Counted from the stretch's first letter, positions 37,301-50,000 are shown. The stretch is DNA of 64,000 bases from a virus (IMGVR_UViG_2974731481_000001:1-64000), one strand, 5' to 3'. Numbers and translations are program-made. Notes: generated by a model not told the origin, from the sequence alone.

Positions 37301-38645
37301 AAATTCTGCTACTTTAAGTTTTATATATGAACTTAAAGGTATGTATAAAGATTTTAGAAATAAAACTTTTAAAAAACATGATGATGATATAACAAAAATT
37401 AATTTTGATAATACAGTTAGAGTAAGTAATGTTCTTTCTGATGAAACATTTAATAATTCAGTATTTAAATTTAATTCTATGGATTATTATAATGTTCCAA
37501 CAGATAGAGGTATTATTGTTAAATTGTTTGCTATAGCTAACAATATATTTGTCCATACAAAAGGTTCACTATATAAATTTGACGCTAATCAAACTATTAC
37601 AGCAAATAATTCTGATATATCTTTAACAGAGTCTGAACCTTTTGAACATGGTATTACTCAAGTATGTGATTCTCAATATGGTTATGCAGGTCTTGATACA
37701 AAACAATCTGGATGTATTACATTTGATTCTTATGTATTTTATGATAAACAAAGTAATCATATATTTGCATATTCTGGTAATTCACAACTTGCTTTAATAG
37801 ATGATACTATTTATAAATTATTAGATTATTATAAACCTATTGATTGTAGAATGATACATGATGAAAAGAATACTCGTATTCTTATTAATTTTGTATTAAA
37901 TACAAATAAAGAAATAACAATTAGTTTTAATTATAAAAGAAAATCTTTTATATCGTTACATGATATTACCTTAGCAAAAGCATTTAACAGTAGAAATATC
38001 TGTTATTCTTATTATAACGGATTTGAGTCTTTATTTAACGAAAAGACTATAAATTCAGTTAATATTTATGGAAATGCTACTAAAGATAGTTATTTAACAG
38101 ATGCACCTGATGAAGGAACTTATAAAGATTGTAAATTTTCTATATCTATTATTATGTTTCCTAATGAAGATAATCAAAGAACAAGTGTAGATAGTGTGCA
38201 ATATGTAGCTGATTTAGTTAAACAAAATATTATTGAAAATACAGCTAAAACAAAACATGTAATGGATATTGCTAGAAATACTAGAATAAATCCTGTAAAA
38301 GAATTTTTTATTACAACTGATGAATGTAAATCCACATCTGTTATAACAAATGTAAACGATGAAGCTAGACCTAATAATCTACTTGATTATAAAGGATTTA
38401 AATACAATCTTGGTTTTTGGACTTCTAATTATTTTAGAAATAAACTTAATGTAAACAATGTTTATCAATATCCTGAGCAACAAGGTATAGAATATAATCC
38501 TGATGGTAGTATAAAAAAACAAAGAATACCTAATAGTGACAATTATAGTCTTGTTTATGGTAAATATTTCATCTTAACATTTGGTTTTATTAATGATAAG
38601 CCTATTAAATTTGAAAATGTTTTAGTTAATAATTCTTTATATTAA
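34383..38645 (+). CDS. Tail stabilisation / muzzle protein (P22 gp10-like)
   Basis: 1420 aa beta-rich, N-terminal LNLN..P......FAKNM, conserved position. Confidence 0.75.
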   Translation: MKVIPKLNLNQNPQNCEEGSLVFAKNMKLDSDGSLTTDFGSEDLQNCTSDDVNFVGHIVGLDNKIYLFSHKYNDNIYEYDEITKKAKRLTTGWNYNGGEIDGCVSTNISGEKILSIAECDPTGAKNIPLKHINLSFCKDTDDESLYTQAPRVPICNLTLNTTYAKTIPNGTYVFFIRYKIRKDCYTNWYLCSCPIFGGTSTKITTLQGGISYINHHTDAAKSFVFDVSFINSNAKNLYKSFQLGFILTHDDSTNARSWKEFNMNTTKIYFDYEGIEEINIDDLLSSTYELYNVRNITNFKNKLYISNYKESNINEDTSDISREIVAEFVHSDPNGTGKINYHNLTFNGNKLSYNNNVGYYDKTESGYSLSRLLASYHFNYECSKLYKGETIEKNKIASFDIKWDADDNPDLCTVYNIFNDSYISGAIFGYTEERLFNEGKIGIIQHYSGNGLWLYDRDTSKPHQWDDLGFTFIYGSTSEKDSDSLIEARNGVFLFNKDTKIFDKEGGSDFNYWVTRNKGFSNEARAFIKKNIKDEIEHKSRLIYCYLELSSGAETYPIDFYSYMNKDTYIGFTNLTNYGIENANSSNLYNSIKSKIKEVIFDAIKNNIVGIDENGTIILKLGSSYIRASTATVIFKAIKFTIDDDDIIDDENHFNKRFYINAKITEWKSICNFNLAESVIKIDDTITDSLIQKPTLMPFSTYDIYAHYIDDYHIITNGTFVNEITTDNAKSNIDTIDLQYIVHSLAGINAATPYKAFFLSIVNVGNQVMECFNYRKKGTNNIVNCLEIDCLLYNINTNITIKDGNGNTITTQAKYYSSGSSHPTLAFGNCGFISWNDSSNHGNKTLYAVIERNTTTDKNPILTKATPYIPLKDASRTKVKNGFYNSYFCLVKKPDFDLASSCYVSGKDVYKADRNITLSLSEFTGYMQIQNSVTYFLRSNFNLNYLSLTKDINDQIFSIGNPSSGIKQVAKVINSATLSFIYELKGMYKDFRNKTFKKHDDDITKINFDNTVRVSNVLSDETFNNSVFKFNSMDYYNVPTDRGIIVKLFAIANNIFVHTKGSLYKFDANQTITANNSDISLTESEPFEHGITQVCDSQYGYAGLDTKQSGCITFDSYVFYDKQSNHIFAYSGNSQLALIDDTIYKLLDYYKPIDCRMIHDEKNTRILINFVLNTNKEITISFNYKRKSFISLHDITLAKAFNSRNICYSYYNGFESLFNEKTINSVNIYGNATKDSYLTDAPDEGTYKDCKFSISIIMFPNEDNQRTSVDSVQYVADLVKQNIIENTAKTKHVMDIARNTRINPVKEFFITTDECKSTSVITNVNDEARPNNLLDYKGFKYNLGFWTSNYFRNKLNVNNVYQYPEQQGIEYNPDGSIKKQRIPNSDNYSLVYGKYFILTFGFINDKPIKFENVLVNNSLY

Positions 38646-38654
38646 TATAATATT

Positions 38655-40844
38655 ATGACTAGATATAAATTAAGAAATGGTGGTCGTAGACCAAAAGCTC
38701 CTTTTGGTAGTGAAGAGGCTGCAATTTTGTCATCTGCTGGTATAAATGTAGCAGGTACTCTTGCTGCTGCTAATATAGGAGCTAAAGCAACAAAAGATGC
38801 TGCTAAACAACAAGCAACTGCTACAATAAATGCTGCTACTAAACAAGCTAATTCTATTAAAGAACAAGCTAATAGAGCTAGAGAACTTCAGCAAGAATCT
38901 CAAGAATTTACTAAAGAACAAAATGCTGAAAATCGTGAACTTCAAAAAGACATTCAAATGAATCTTCAAATTCTTACAGGTCAACAAAATGTTAATGATA
39001 GACTTGAAGCTGCAAAAATACAAGTTCGTAATGGTGGCAGTATGAGAAGAAAAATTGCTAAACAAAATCCTAACATTCTTCTACGGGGGAGCTATAGTCA
39101 AACTAATATGCCTTTTGCTGTTACTGATGGCGGAGGAGTTATACCTTTGGGTTCTACACCTGAAGGTTTTGACTTATATGAACTTTATGGTAATGACCAT
39201 GAGCATTATCATAAAGCACAAGGTGGAAAAAATAAAACTGGTGTTGGTTTAAAATTTGCTAATGGCAAAACTATAGAAGGTGAAGGTAATCAAAATAGTA
39301 ATCAAGGAGAATATGTTTTGGTTACACCTGATGATGCTATGTTTATAAGTAAACATAGCATTAAAGGTTTTAATCCAGCTACAGCTGTTAATAATGGAAT
39401 GCATCCGTTAGAAGCATTTGTTACACAAGAGCAAATAAAAGCTGCTAATAATATTTCTGATAGTGGTAAAACACCTCGTAGAAGTTTACGTTATATTGGT
39501 GGTGGTACTTCTAATTCTTCTGATTTTATGTATTTGCCTCAACAAACTCCTACTTTATCTATGGATGCTATGGCTCCTATTGCAACAGGTGTTGCTTATG
39601 GAAAAATAAATGGTATGTTTGATAAAAAAGGACAAGAAAAAATAGAAGAAAATAAAGCTAAATGTGGAACTAGTATTCGTAAAAAATTAGCTTGCGGTGG
39701 TCGTCCTAAAGCTGATTATGGTTGGGAAAATGCAATAGGTGCTGGTATAACAACTTTAGGTAACTTAGGTGGTGCTTGGATAACAAATGCTGCTAATAAT
39801 AGGGCTATGGGTTATATCAGTGCTGCTAATGCTCAAGCTGCTGGTATGTTAGCAGATGCTTATAGACAAATGCATGGTATTGATATAAATAGTATTCGTC
39901 GTGAAAATTATGCTGCTGCTCATGCTATGGCTCAACTTAGAGCTCCTATTGTAAATACTGCTGCTCAACGTACAGCACAAGAACGTATATTGCAACGGAA
40001 ACTTGAAAATGCTAGACGTTATAGTATTAGTGGGGCTGCTGCTCAAGATAGAATGACGTTAGCAGAAACTGATTACAACGATAATATTGGAAAAATAGAA
40101 GCTGATGCTGATAGAATTAGAGAACAAATTAAACAACATAATATTGATTCTATTAACGAAACAGCAAGATTGAATGCTCAACTTGATACACAAGCAAACA
40201 ATCAATATGCTAGTGCTTATCTTAATGCATTACAATATAATAATGATATAGAAAATCAAAAGATTGCTGGTATTGCTCAAGCACAGGCTAATGCTATCAC
40301 AGGTAATGCTCAAGCTGCAGCAAATACTTCACAAGCTAATGCACAAGCTTGGGGTTCTGCTATTACTAATTCAGCACAAGCTGTCGGAAATAGTGTCGAA
40401 AGTTATCTTAAGACACAAGCTGATAGACGTAATGTTTTACTTGGTGTAGATAATGAACAAGCATATCGTGCTGCAATGTCACCTGATGGTAGTAAAGCAG
40501 AAGCTCGTAGTCTTTATAATATGTGGGTAAATGGTACTGCAGAACAAAAGAAATGGGCTGCTGATTTAAATGCTAAATGGCATGGTAGTTTTAGAGGTTC
40601 TACTAAAAAAGATGATACATCTAATACAATACCTTATCAATATGGACAAGGTTCTGGTCCTATTTCACTAAAATCTATTTCTAATCCAATAGAACGTAGA
40701 GCTGTTAGTTTAGTACAAGCAAATAGAGCTAGACTTGCAAATGGTTCTGCTCCTATTGAAGCAGTAGTTCCTTTATCTTCAGTAGTATTTAATCCTACTA
40801 TGAATCCTAATAATCTTTGGTTGTTTAATTCTTATAATCGTTAA
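38655..40844 (+). CDS. Putative ejected/cargo virion protein
   Basis: 729 aa Ala/Gln-rich helical, Gly-rich hydrophobic segments, repeated basic-xGG motifs. Confidence 0.65.
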   Translation: MTRYKLRNGGRRPKAPFGSEEAAILSSAGINVAGTLAAANIGAKATKDAAKQQATATINAATKQANSIKEQANRARELQQESQEFTKEQNAENRELQKDIQMNLQILTGQQNVNDRLEAAKIQVRNGGSMRRKIAKQNPNILLRGSYSQTNMPFAVTDGGGVIPLGSTPEGFDLYELYGNDHEHYHKAQGGKNKTGVGLKFANGKTIEGEGNQNSNQGEYVLVTPDDAMFISKHSIKGFNPATAVNNGMHPLEAFVTQEQIKAANNISDSGKTPRRSLRYIGGGTSNSSDFMYLPQQTPTLSMDAMAPIATGVAYGKINGMFDKKGQEKIEENKAKCGTSIRKKLACGGRPKADYGWENAIGAGITTLGNLGGAWITNAANNRAMGYISAANAQAAGMLADAYRQMHGIDINSIRRENYAAAHAMAQLRAPIVNTAAQRTAQERILQRKLENARRYSISGAAAQDRMTLAETDYNDNIGKIEADADRIREQIKQHNIDSINETARLNAQLDTQANNQYASAYLNALQYNNDIENQKIAGIAQAQANAITGNAQAAANTSQANAQAWGSAITNSAQAVGNSVESYLKTQADRRNVLLGVDNEQAYRAAMSPDGSKAEARSLYNMWVNGTAEQKKWAADLNAKWHGSFRGSTKKDDTSNTIPYQYGQGSGPISLKSISNPIERRAVSLVQANRARLANGSAPIEAVVPLSSVVFNPTMNPNNLWLFNSYNR

Positions 40845-40850
40845 TATATT

Positions 40851-42086
40851 ATGCCACAATATAGATTACCTGAAATGAGTATTGCTCAAATGCAATATAC
40901 TCCTGCTACTTTTCAAGGAGTTAGTTTTACACCTCAAGCTCCTGATATGAATATTCTTGCTCGTTCCTTAGCTCAAGCTGAGGAACGGCATAATACTGCT
41001 ATAGAAAAGAAAAGTGAAATAGATAAAACTTTAGCAGGACTTGAAGCTAAACTTCATAATGATAAAGAAACACAACAATGGTTTGCTAATTATAAAGATA
41101 ACATAGAAAGACAAATTCAAGATGAAGTGAATAATGGCAATTATGGTAGTGCTATTCGTGTTGCTACAGGACTTGCTGGTAGTATTCTTAGAGACCCTGC
41201 AATACAAGGTAGAATAAGAGCTGAAGAATCATATCAACAAGAGGTTAAAACACAACAAGCACGTAGAGATAAAGGTGAAATTAGTCAAAATACTTATGAT
41301 TGGTGGTTAGCTTCTAATCCTTATAAATATCAAGATAATTATGATTCTGAAGGAAATATAATTGGTGGTACAGAATATGTTGCTGAAACTCGTCCTGTTG
41401 CTGATATTAATTGGGCAGCACAAGCTCAAGCAGCATTTAAGATGATTACTCCTTATAAGAATAGTAAATCAGCTCAATCATCTAAATCTTCTAGTAGTAC
41501 AACAGATGGAAACGGAAGTTCTTCTTCTAAATCTAGTGGTTCATCACATCAAGTAGAAAAAGTAAGCAAACAAGATATTCTTGATAACATAGAAGAATTA
41601 TTGTCTGCAACTCCTGATGGATATAGACAAGCAGAACAAGCTTTTGATGTTGCTAATTTTGAAACTAATAAAATGATTCAACAATATCAAGAACTTATTG
41701 CTAAAAATCCAGATAGTGAAGAAGCTAGAATAATGGGACAAAAACTAGAAGCTCGTAGAAAACTTATGTATCAAAACGGTAGTCCTATTAATTATAAAGA
41801 ATATTATGCAAGAATGATTACTAATAATCTTTATGCTGATAAGTTAGCTTATGAATGGCATACTGATGCGACATCTTCTTCTACATCTAGTTCTAATCAT
41901 AAAACAACTCCACAACAAACAACTCCAAGTATTGTAGGTAGTCGTATTCCAACTCCTGGTTCAACTTTTGATTTTGCTACAGGTTTATGGTATGGTCCTA
42001 ATGTTAGACAACAAACAGATACAGAAAGTGCTCAACAAGAAGTTGGTGGTGCTGCATCTGGAATAACTAGTAGATTTGGTGGATAA
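40851..42086 (+). CDS. Putative ejected/cargo virion protein
   Basis: 411 aa helical with Ser-rich tracts. Confidence 0.65.
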   Translation: MPQYRLPEMSIAQMQYTPATFQGVSFTPQAPDMNILARSLAQAEERHNTAIEKKSEIDKTLAGLEAKLHNDKETQQWFANYKDNIERQIQDEVNNGNYGSAIRVATGLAGSILRDPAIQGRIRAEESYQQEVKTQQARRDKGEISQNTYDWWLASNPYKYQDNYDSEGNIIGGTEYVAETRPVADINWAAQAQAAFKMITPYKNSKSAQSSKSSSSTTDGNGSSSSKSSGSSHQVEKVSKQDILDNIEELLSATPDGYRQAEQAFDVANFETNKMIQQYQELIAKNPDSEEARIMGQKLEARRKLMYQNGSPINYKEYYARMITNNLYADKLAYEWHTDATSSSTSSSNHKTTPQQTTPSIVGSRIPTPGSTFDFATGLWYGPNVRQQTDTESAQQEVGGAASGITSRFGG

Positions 42087-42104
42087 TTTAAAATATAAAA
42101 TATT

Positions 42105-44009
42105 ATGAAAATAGGTTTTGGTAATTATACGTATTTTGATCCAAATGCTGATGATAAGAAAACTTATAAAACAGCAACTTATGCTCAAAAACAGCAATAT
42201 GCTTTCAATCAAGAAAAGTTTAATCAACTTATAGCAAATCGTCAATATAATGATGCTGCAGATTATGCAGCAATGTTTCATTTTAGTGATCCTAAAACTC
42301 AGAAAGAACATGAGAATGATATTATAAATCTTCGTCGTAATGGTAGAGTATTAGGCGCTATTTATTCTAGAATCGATGATCCTAATGCTTTAGCTCAAAT
42401 TGAATTTTATGATAAAGTATTTGTTAATGGTGGTCTTGAACAACTAACAGGTAATGAATACGCAGATAAGTTTATAGATTATAAACGTAGATTAGGAAGT
42501 ACTATACAAAATGGAGAAGTTAAAGATGAAGCTACAAGATTATCTATAACTTTTCAACCAGAAAAACAATATGGTATTTTTGGTATAGATTGGCTTGCTG
42601 AAGATAATAAAAAGAATATAGATAATTTTTATACTCAAAGTGGTTTAAATGAACAACAACTAAAAGCAGCAGGTGTTAAAGTAACACATAAAGATGGTAA
42701 AACTACATTAGATTTTGATAAAAGTAATGAACTTGCTAATCAAATTATTTTTAATTTGCCTAGTGATACAGAACGTATAGGTGATGCTCCTCTTAGAACA
42801 TCAGGAGAAAACGTTAGCATTTTAGGTTATAATGCTAAAGGAGAATCTTTAGTAGAAAAAACTCATGTAGGTTTTACAAGTAGTTCTTCTATAGGATATA
42901 ATAGAAGTTTTGAACCAATGCAAACACTTATAGATAATGCAAAAGCTTCTAAAGAATCTTATTTTAAGAAAACTGACTTATCTGAAAAAGATTATTCTTC
43001 TACTATAGGTCCAGCAATTGACGATAACCTTGAAGCATTAAAAGCTGCATATGCTGCAGGCGAAATAGATGCTACAACATTCAATCGTCAGTTTAAAATT
43101 CTTGGTAGTAATGTTATAGCTGCTGTTCAATCTTTGGGTAGTGGTAACTATGAAATGTATACTAATAGTTATAACGAAGAACTTACTGATGAAACATTAG
43201 TATCAGTAGAAAATAAACAAAGGTCAGATCTTGTTAATCTTATTAATGTAATTAATCCTAAAGATTTACAATTATTATCTATGTGTAGTAATGGTAAAAT
43301 AGGAACTCTTGTAAATATTAATACAACAAATTTAACAAAGGATCAAATAGAACGTTTAAATGATACAGAAATACCTGAAGAAGTATATAGTAAACCTCGT
43401 GTTCAAATATTTATTCCTGGTTTTATGCAAGAACAAGCTCAAGCTAAAATTAATGCAAATACTTCAAGTAGAAGTGTACAAGAAGCTAATTCTATGCTTG
43501 ATTGGAATTATACTTACAAATGTACTAACGGTACTGAAATAATGCCTGATGGTAAAGGAGGTTTTGTTAAAAACAATAAACCTATTGATAAAAATGAAGC
43601 TATTAAGGAAATTAACAAAGATATGATTATTCAAGATGCTGTAAGTAATCTTAAATTTAATTATCTTAGTTGGAATGGCAATCTTATTTCAGATAAAGAT
43701 AATTCATTACTTGGTGCTGAAGAATATGAAAAGATGACACGTCTTATTTCAGTACGTGCTGGTAATGAACTTAATCCAGGAGTTTCTCTTGCGAAGACTA
43801 ATGGTTCTGATTATACAGTTGACGAACTATTTAATATGAAAGGTCTTTCTACAAGTCAATATATATATAATGAAGAAAATGGAGAAATATCTCAAAGTTT
43901 GCCTTATCAAGTTAGTTCAAAAATAAAAGATATATATTCTATATATGATGCTATTATGAAAGAACTTCAATATTATTATATAGATCCTGATTTTAAAATT
44001 AAGAAATAA
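42105..44009 (+). CDS. Putative ejected/cargo virion protein
   Basis: 634-aa ORF in the cargo block. Confidence 0.65.
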   Translation: MKIGFGNYTYFDPNADDKKTYKTATYAQKQQYAFNQEKFNQLIANRQYNDAADYAAMFHFSDPKTQKEHENDIINLRRNGRVLGAIYSRIDDPNALAQIEFYDKVFVNGGLEQLTGNEYADKFIDYKRRLGSTIQNGEVKDEATRLSITFQPEKQYGIFGIDWLAEDNKKNIDNFYTQSGLNEQQLKAAGVKVTHKDGKTTLDFDKSNELANQIIFNLPSDTERIGDAPLRTSGENVSILGYNAKGESLVEKTHVGFTSSSSIGYNRSFEPMQTLIDNAKASKESYFKKTDLSEKDYSSTIGPAIDDNLEALKAAYAAGEIDATTFNRQFKILGSNVIAAVQSLGSGNYEMYTNSYNEELTDETLVSVENKQRSDLVNLINVINPKDLQLLSMCSNGKIGTLVNINTTNLTKDQIERLNDTEIPEEVYSKPRVQIFIPGFMQEQAQAKINANTSSRSVQEANSMLDWNYTYKCTNGTEIMPDGKGGFVKNNKPIDKNEAIKEINKDMIIQDAVSNLKFNYLSWNGNLISDKDNSLLGAEEYEKMTRLISVRAGNELNPGVSLAKTNGSDYTVDELFNMKGLSTSQYIYNEENGEISQSLPYQVSSKIKDIYSIYDAIMKELQYYYIDPDFKIKK

Positions 44010-44012
44010 ACT

Positions 44013-47000
44013 ATGGATGTATTAAATTTTATAAATAACGGAGGTCAAAAGACTATTCCTAATCCTAATTATAATCCAAAGTCTAAAAAGAACATTCAGC
44101 CTCCTACTATAACAGTAGCTGATTTGGACCCTGAAAGAAATAGTGCTGTTGATATGGCTGTATATGATTTCAATAGACAATATTCTATTGGAGCAAAAGA
44201 AGCTGATGTTTATAGAAAAGCAGGTCTTAACTGGAATCCTTGGGAGAATCTTGATAAACAAATAGTAGAACAGCAAGGAGCATTATCTAAATTTGGTAAT
44301 GCCCTTGCTCAAACTGTTGTATCTGAAGTAGGACTTGGTACACTTATTGGTATTACTGATTTATTTGATATGATAGGTCAGGCTGTAGGTTTGAGTGACC
44401 CTAATTATCAAAATGCTGCTAGTAAATATCTTACAGAAAAACAAGAAGAATTTAAAGAAGCTACTAAAATTTGGGTTGACCCAGATAAAAATATAGCAAA
44501 TGGTGGTTTAACTGATGCTGGTTGGTGGGCTTCTAATATTCCAAGTATTGCTAGTTCTTTAACTCTTCTTATTCCTAGTACAGGAGTTACAAAAGGTTTA
44601 TCTTGGGCAGGTAAAGCAAGTAAATTATCTAGATTTACTCGAAATGCTGTTCGTGCTCTTAGTGGTGCAGAACGTAGATTAAAGTATGCTAGAGAACTTA
44701 GAGCTGCTGGTGCTACTGCTGAAGAAATACAAGCAGCATCTAAACTTACTAAAATGCAACGTTTTCTTAATTCTAGTAGTACAATTTCTGCTATTAATCT
44801 ATTTTTAGAAAATGGTACAACTGCTGCTCTTAGTCGTGCTATGGAAAATTATCAAGAAGCTAGACAAACATATAATGATATGTATGCTAATGCTTCTGAA
44901 ACATTTAAAAATATGAGCGATGAAGAATATGCAAAAGTTGTTGAAAGAAGTCAAGATATTATCACAGCTAATGGTGTAGATTCTAATGATAGAGATGCTG
45001 TAGCTAAAGCTATTGCTAAAGAATCTGCTGATAAAACTTTTCAAATAGACTGGCTTAATGTTGGTTGGGATGTATTACAAATGTATGGTCTTCGTAATGC
45101 TTGGAAAGGATTAAAGAATGCTCCTGATAATCCTGTTGCTGTACGTAGAGCTAATTTAGATGCTGCTAAATATTTTGGTAAATCTGCTGATGAAATAGCT
45201 AAACTTAAAGCTCAACGTACTTTTAGTGAAAAATTTGGTGAAAAGTTATCAGACTTTATGTATAGTAGCAAACTTACTATTGGAGCTAAACTTTCTGAAG
45301 GTGCTGAAGAAGCACTTAACTATGTAGCTCAACAAGAAGGTATGAGTTTTGGTAAAGTTCTTCTTGGACAAGAACAAAAATCAAACTTTGATACTCGTCT
45401 TGCTAAATATATTCAATCTCCTGAAATGTATGATGCTGCTTTTTGGGGAGTTATTGGTGGTGTTGTATTTCAAGGGTTAGGTAGTCAATTTAGACGTTTA
45501 TCTAATAAACTTACAGAAAATAAGCGTGCCAATAATGAATCTAAACAATCACTTCCTTGGTATCAACTTGATGAACTTCCAGAAATTAAGCGTCGTAAAG
45601 CTGAAATTGAAGCTCGTGGTATAGACTTTGAAACTTATGCTTCACATCTTAAAAAGATTGAAGAAGATAATATAGATATTTATCATCCTAATACTGATGG
45701 TACAGAACGTAAGTTTGAAACTGAATCTGAAAAACAAGCTGCTAAAGAAAAACTTAAAAACGAGTATATAACTAAGATGACACTTAGAGCTATGAATAGT
45801 GGTAATCTTGATATGTTCAAAGAGTTTATGGCTAATGATGATGTTCGTAAAGGCATGGTAGCTCGTGGTATATTTGGAACAGCTTCTGAAACTAAGTCTG
45901 AACAAGATATTGAAAATGAATCTAAAACTTATATCGAAAACGCATTACGTCAAATAAATCAAGTTGAAGAACAATATGATGAAGAAATAGCAGCTCTTGA
46001 TAGTGCTGCTACATCTATTAATAGCGGTAAACTAAATGATGAAGATGGACTTAATGATCGTAAGAAAAGATTAAAGGCTAGTACTTTTGATACTATTCCT
46101 GTTGAATATCTTCAAATAATGGCAGTTGAAAATGTAAAAGCTAGAACTGAAATTGTTAATCTTAGAACAGAAGAAGCTGCTACGGAACAACGTATTGCTG
46201 AATTACTTAATACTCCTGGTGTTCAAGAAAATCTTGATGAAAATGTAGATTATAGAAATAGTCTTAAACTCGCTGTTATTACTAGAGAATTAGGTCAACT
46301 TCGTGCTGAACGTACTAGTCTTATGCAAGATGAATCTAAAAATCTTAGTAATACACTTGCTATAGAAAATATAGATAAGAATATTTCTGCTCTTGAAGAT
46401 CAACTTAATGATGTAGAACTTGTATATGCTACAGGTATCGCATTACAGTTTGTTTCAGATGGTAATGGTAAGTATCATCAAGAAGCTACTGCTGAATCTG
46501 TTGCTTATCAAGATGCAATGATTACTAGAAGTGTTGGTAAAGAACTTGGTGAAGTATTAAACATTCCTGGACTTGAATATCTTAGTGAACGTAGTAGAAC
46601 TACTCTTGGTGATGAAAAAATAGCACAAGAAAAGATTGCTGACCAAAATGTACAATCTGCTATTAGTACACTTAGAAATGTAAGTCCTGAACTTTCATCT
46701 GCTTATCAAGAAATTGCTGCTATTCAAACACGTCTTGATTTTGCAAATAATGATATTGTTCGTACTGTAGATCAAGTTAAACATCAAGCTGCTATTTTAA
46801 ATAACACTATGAATGAAGCTCGTAAGACTGCTATTATCGGTGCTAATAAAATATTGCTTGATATGTATCGTAAGTATGGAAATAAAGTATTAGATGCAAT
46901 CTATGACAAATATCATATCAAAGGTAGTGATACTCAATTTGACAGAACTACTGCTAATATGACTAATGAAGAAAAGCAAAATCTATCTGATGCTATTGAT

Positions 47001-50000
47001 GTACTTGATTTAACAAATGATAGTAATAAAGCATTATTCGATGTAATTCTTGAACGTTTTGCTATGGAAGATGCAATTCGTGCTTCAAGAAAAGAAGAAA
47101 CTAATAATGAAGAAAGTCAGAGTTCTGTAATAATTGAAGACACGATTTCAGACACCGAAAATGCTAAGGCGGACAATTCATCGTCTTACACTACGAAAGC
47201 CGTCAGCGGTCAAGGAAACGAGCAAATTAGCGGTGTTGGCACTCCAATTAACCCACAAGAAATCGAAAACCGAACTCCTACTTATTATACTAAATTTTAT
47301 GGAGATAAAAAGGGTAATTTTACTAGTGGACGTCATGCTAACACAGATGAAGACAATTCTTCTATAGCAGTTTATGATAATGAAGATGGAACATTTACTC
47401 TTGATGTTAGAGGAAATAAACAAAATCTTAATGATACAAGATTCTTCTCTAATGCTGATGAAGTAGATTTAACTCGTCTATTTGAAGTAAAAAGTAAACC
47501 TATTGCTGTACGTAATAAAAAAGGTAAGTTTGTTATAAGTGAACCAGGTCGTCTTGTTAATACTGATACTGCAGAATATCAGCAAAGACAAGAAGAAAAG
47601 GCTCAACAAGAACAAGTACAACAAGAAGGTAGTCAAGAAGTTCAAAATGAAGAAACTTCTGGTACACAAGCTGCTCCTGCTACAACAGAATCTGCTCCTG
47701 CTACTGAAACTCCTGCTACTACTCCTAGTGAAGAAGGTTTAACAAGTGTTACACAACCTACAACCTCTTCTACGGGGGAGCAAAAGCAAAACTCAAATAC
47801 TAATATTTTTGATAGTGTTGGTACAACTTCTGAAATGAATCCTAAAAAATTAAAAGATAATAATTCTATTGGTAAAACCAATCAAATTATTGCGGCTAAT
47901 TGGGATGCATATAAAGAAGAATATGATGAATATAAACGTACTGGAAATAAGTCAAAGATGAGTAGTACAAGAAATGTTAAACCTGAAGATACTATTAAAT
48001 TCTTTGAAGATTATTATGCTCATCAACAAAAATTAGTAGATGCTAAGCCTGTTACTACAGAAAAAACTAAATCATTTGAAGAAGTAGTTAATCAAGCTCC
48101 TGATTGGGATACAATAAATAACGATGCTCTAAGTAAATTTATACCTGCTGCTAAAGCTAATCATGATATTGATTTAGAGGCCATGGCTAATAAACTAATT
48201 AGTGAATATGTAGCAAAAGGTGCTGATAGAACTATTGCTGAACTTGGTGTAACTAAGGCTAAAGAAATAATTCAACGTCAACTTGCTAGACTTAAAGCAA
48301 ATAATAAAGAAATTACAATGCGTTCATCTATTGATGAAGTTCTTATTGCACAGTCTACAATCACTGAAGTAATTAGTGATACTGAAGCAGTAAAAGCATA
48401 TAAAGAAGCAGTTAAACAAATGATTGCTCAATATGCTAAAGAAGTAGGACTTGAAGAACTTGATGGTAAACTTTATATTAATCTTGAAGATTTATTACGT
48501 TATACTAATACAAGTACTAATGATAGAACTACTTCTGCTGCATTATTTGAGTCTATGAAACAATGGCTTAGTAGTTTTGAAGCTAAAGAAAAGTATATAG
48601 TTACTGATGAGGCTGAAACTAATAAAGAAAACTTCATAGAAAATACACAAAAGAGTGCTGAAGAACGTTATCTTGAAAGACTTGCTGATACTAGTGTTCA
48701 ACGAGTAGATATTCAGACTTATGTTCATAATCTAACTGACCCTAATGATGTTAATACTTTTTATGATGCATTAGATGCTTTACAACCTGGTATGGGTTTA
48801 GCTACTAAAGTAGTTGGAAGTATTATTCATGTATTAGATGGACAAAATAGAGTTGTTGGTACTATGCCAATACCTAGAGTAAATGTTACTACTGGAGCTT
48901 ATGAAATGTATAACGATGGTTGGAAAACTGATGTTGATGTTCGTAATGGCTCTACAGTAAGTGCTCTTAAAGATTTGTTTACACAATGGCTTACTTCTAA
49001 AGACGCTAACGCTAAACAACTTAATTCTATTATTTTCCAGTTAGCATATACTAATCCAAATATTGAAACAAAAAATAAATTATATTCACAACTTGAAAAT
49101 AATCCTTTATGGCAAGCAGCTAAAAGTAGAAGATTTATGGCTGATAATGCTACTACTAAAGAACTTGCTAATGGATTAGTTAAACTTTGGAAGTTTGCTA
49201 AACCTTCAAGTAACGCATCTACTACAGTACAAAATATTCAAATTAAACGTTCTATTAATGCTTGGTTTGATAAACTTAAGCATAGTTATGATGCAGTTTC
49301 TGCTCTTGCTAATGGCGGTGGTTTAAATGTTTCAGTTGCTACAATAAGTGATGGTGAACTAGTTAGAGCTGGCGAAACTAAAGCTGAAGCTGAAGCTAAC
49401 GCATTACCTGTAGATAAAGCTATTGCTGGTGGAGTAAATCCTACTATACATAAGATTGCAGTATCTGATTCTATTATCGACGGTCAACTCAATGTAGCAG
49501 GTGCTCCTAATCTTAAATTTCCTGGTGTTGGTAAAGGTAATACTTTTGTAATTCTTCCTAATAGAAGTGGTCGTCCTGGTTATGCACATGCTTATCCTGC
49601 TGAAGTAACTGCAGATTATATAGGTCAAGATGCTAAAGATATACTTAAAGCTGTTCATAACGAAATAACTAAAGTTATAAATGACTATAATAATGATAAA
49701 ACTGCTGATAATTATAATAAACTAAAGACTTTCTTTAAGCAATTATTATATAATAAAGACGGTAATAGAAGTTTATTTGATGGTGTAGTTTATTCTGAAA
49801 CTAGTAATGGATTTAGTATCGGTATTCCTGGTACTAATATGTATGTTAAATTCCATGAAACTGGTCGTTATGGTGGTCCTGCTATTTACGCTTTTGTTGG
49901 TGAAGATAATAAGAATATACCTTATGATAAACCTAGACTTCATCAAGCTATCAATAATATAATTAATAATATGAAGTTTAAACTTAGTTATGCTTATATT

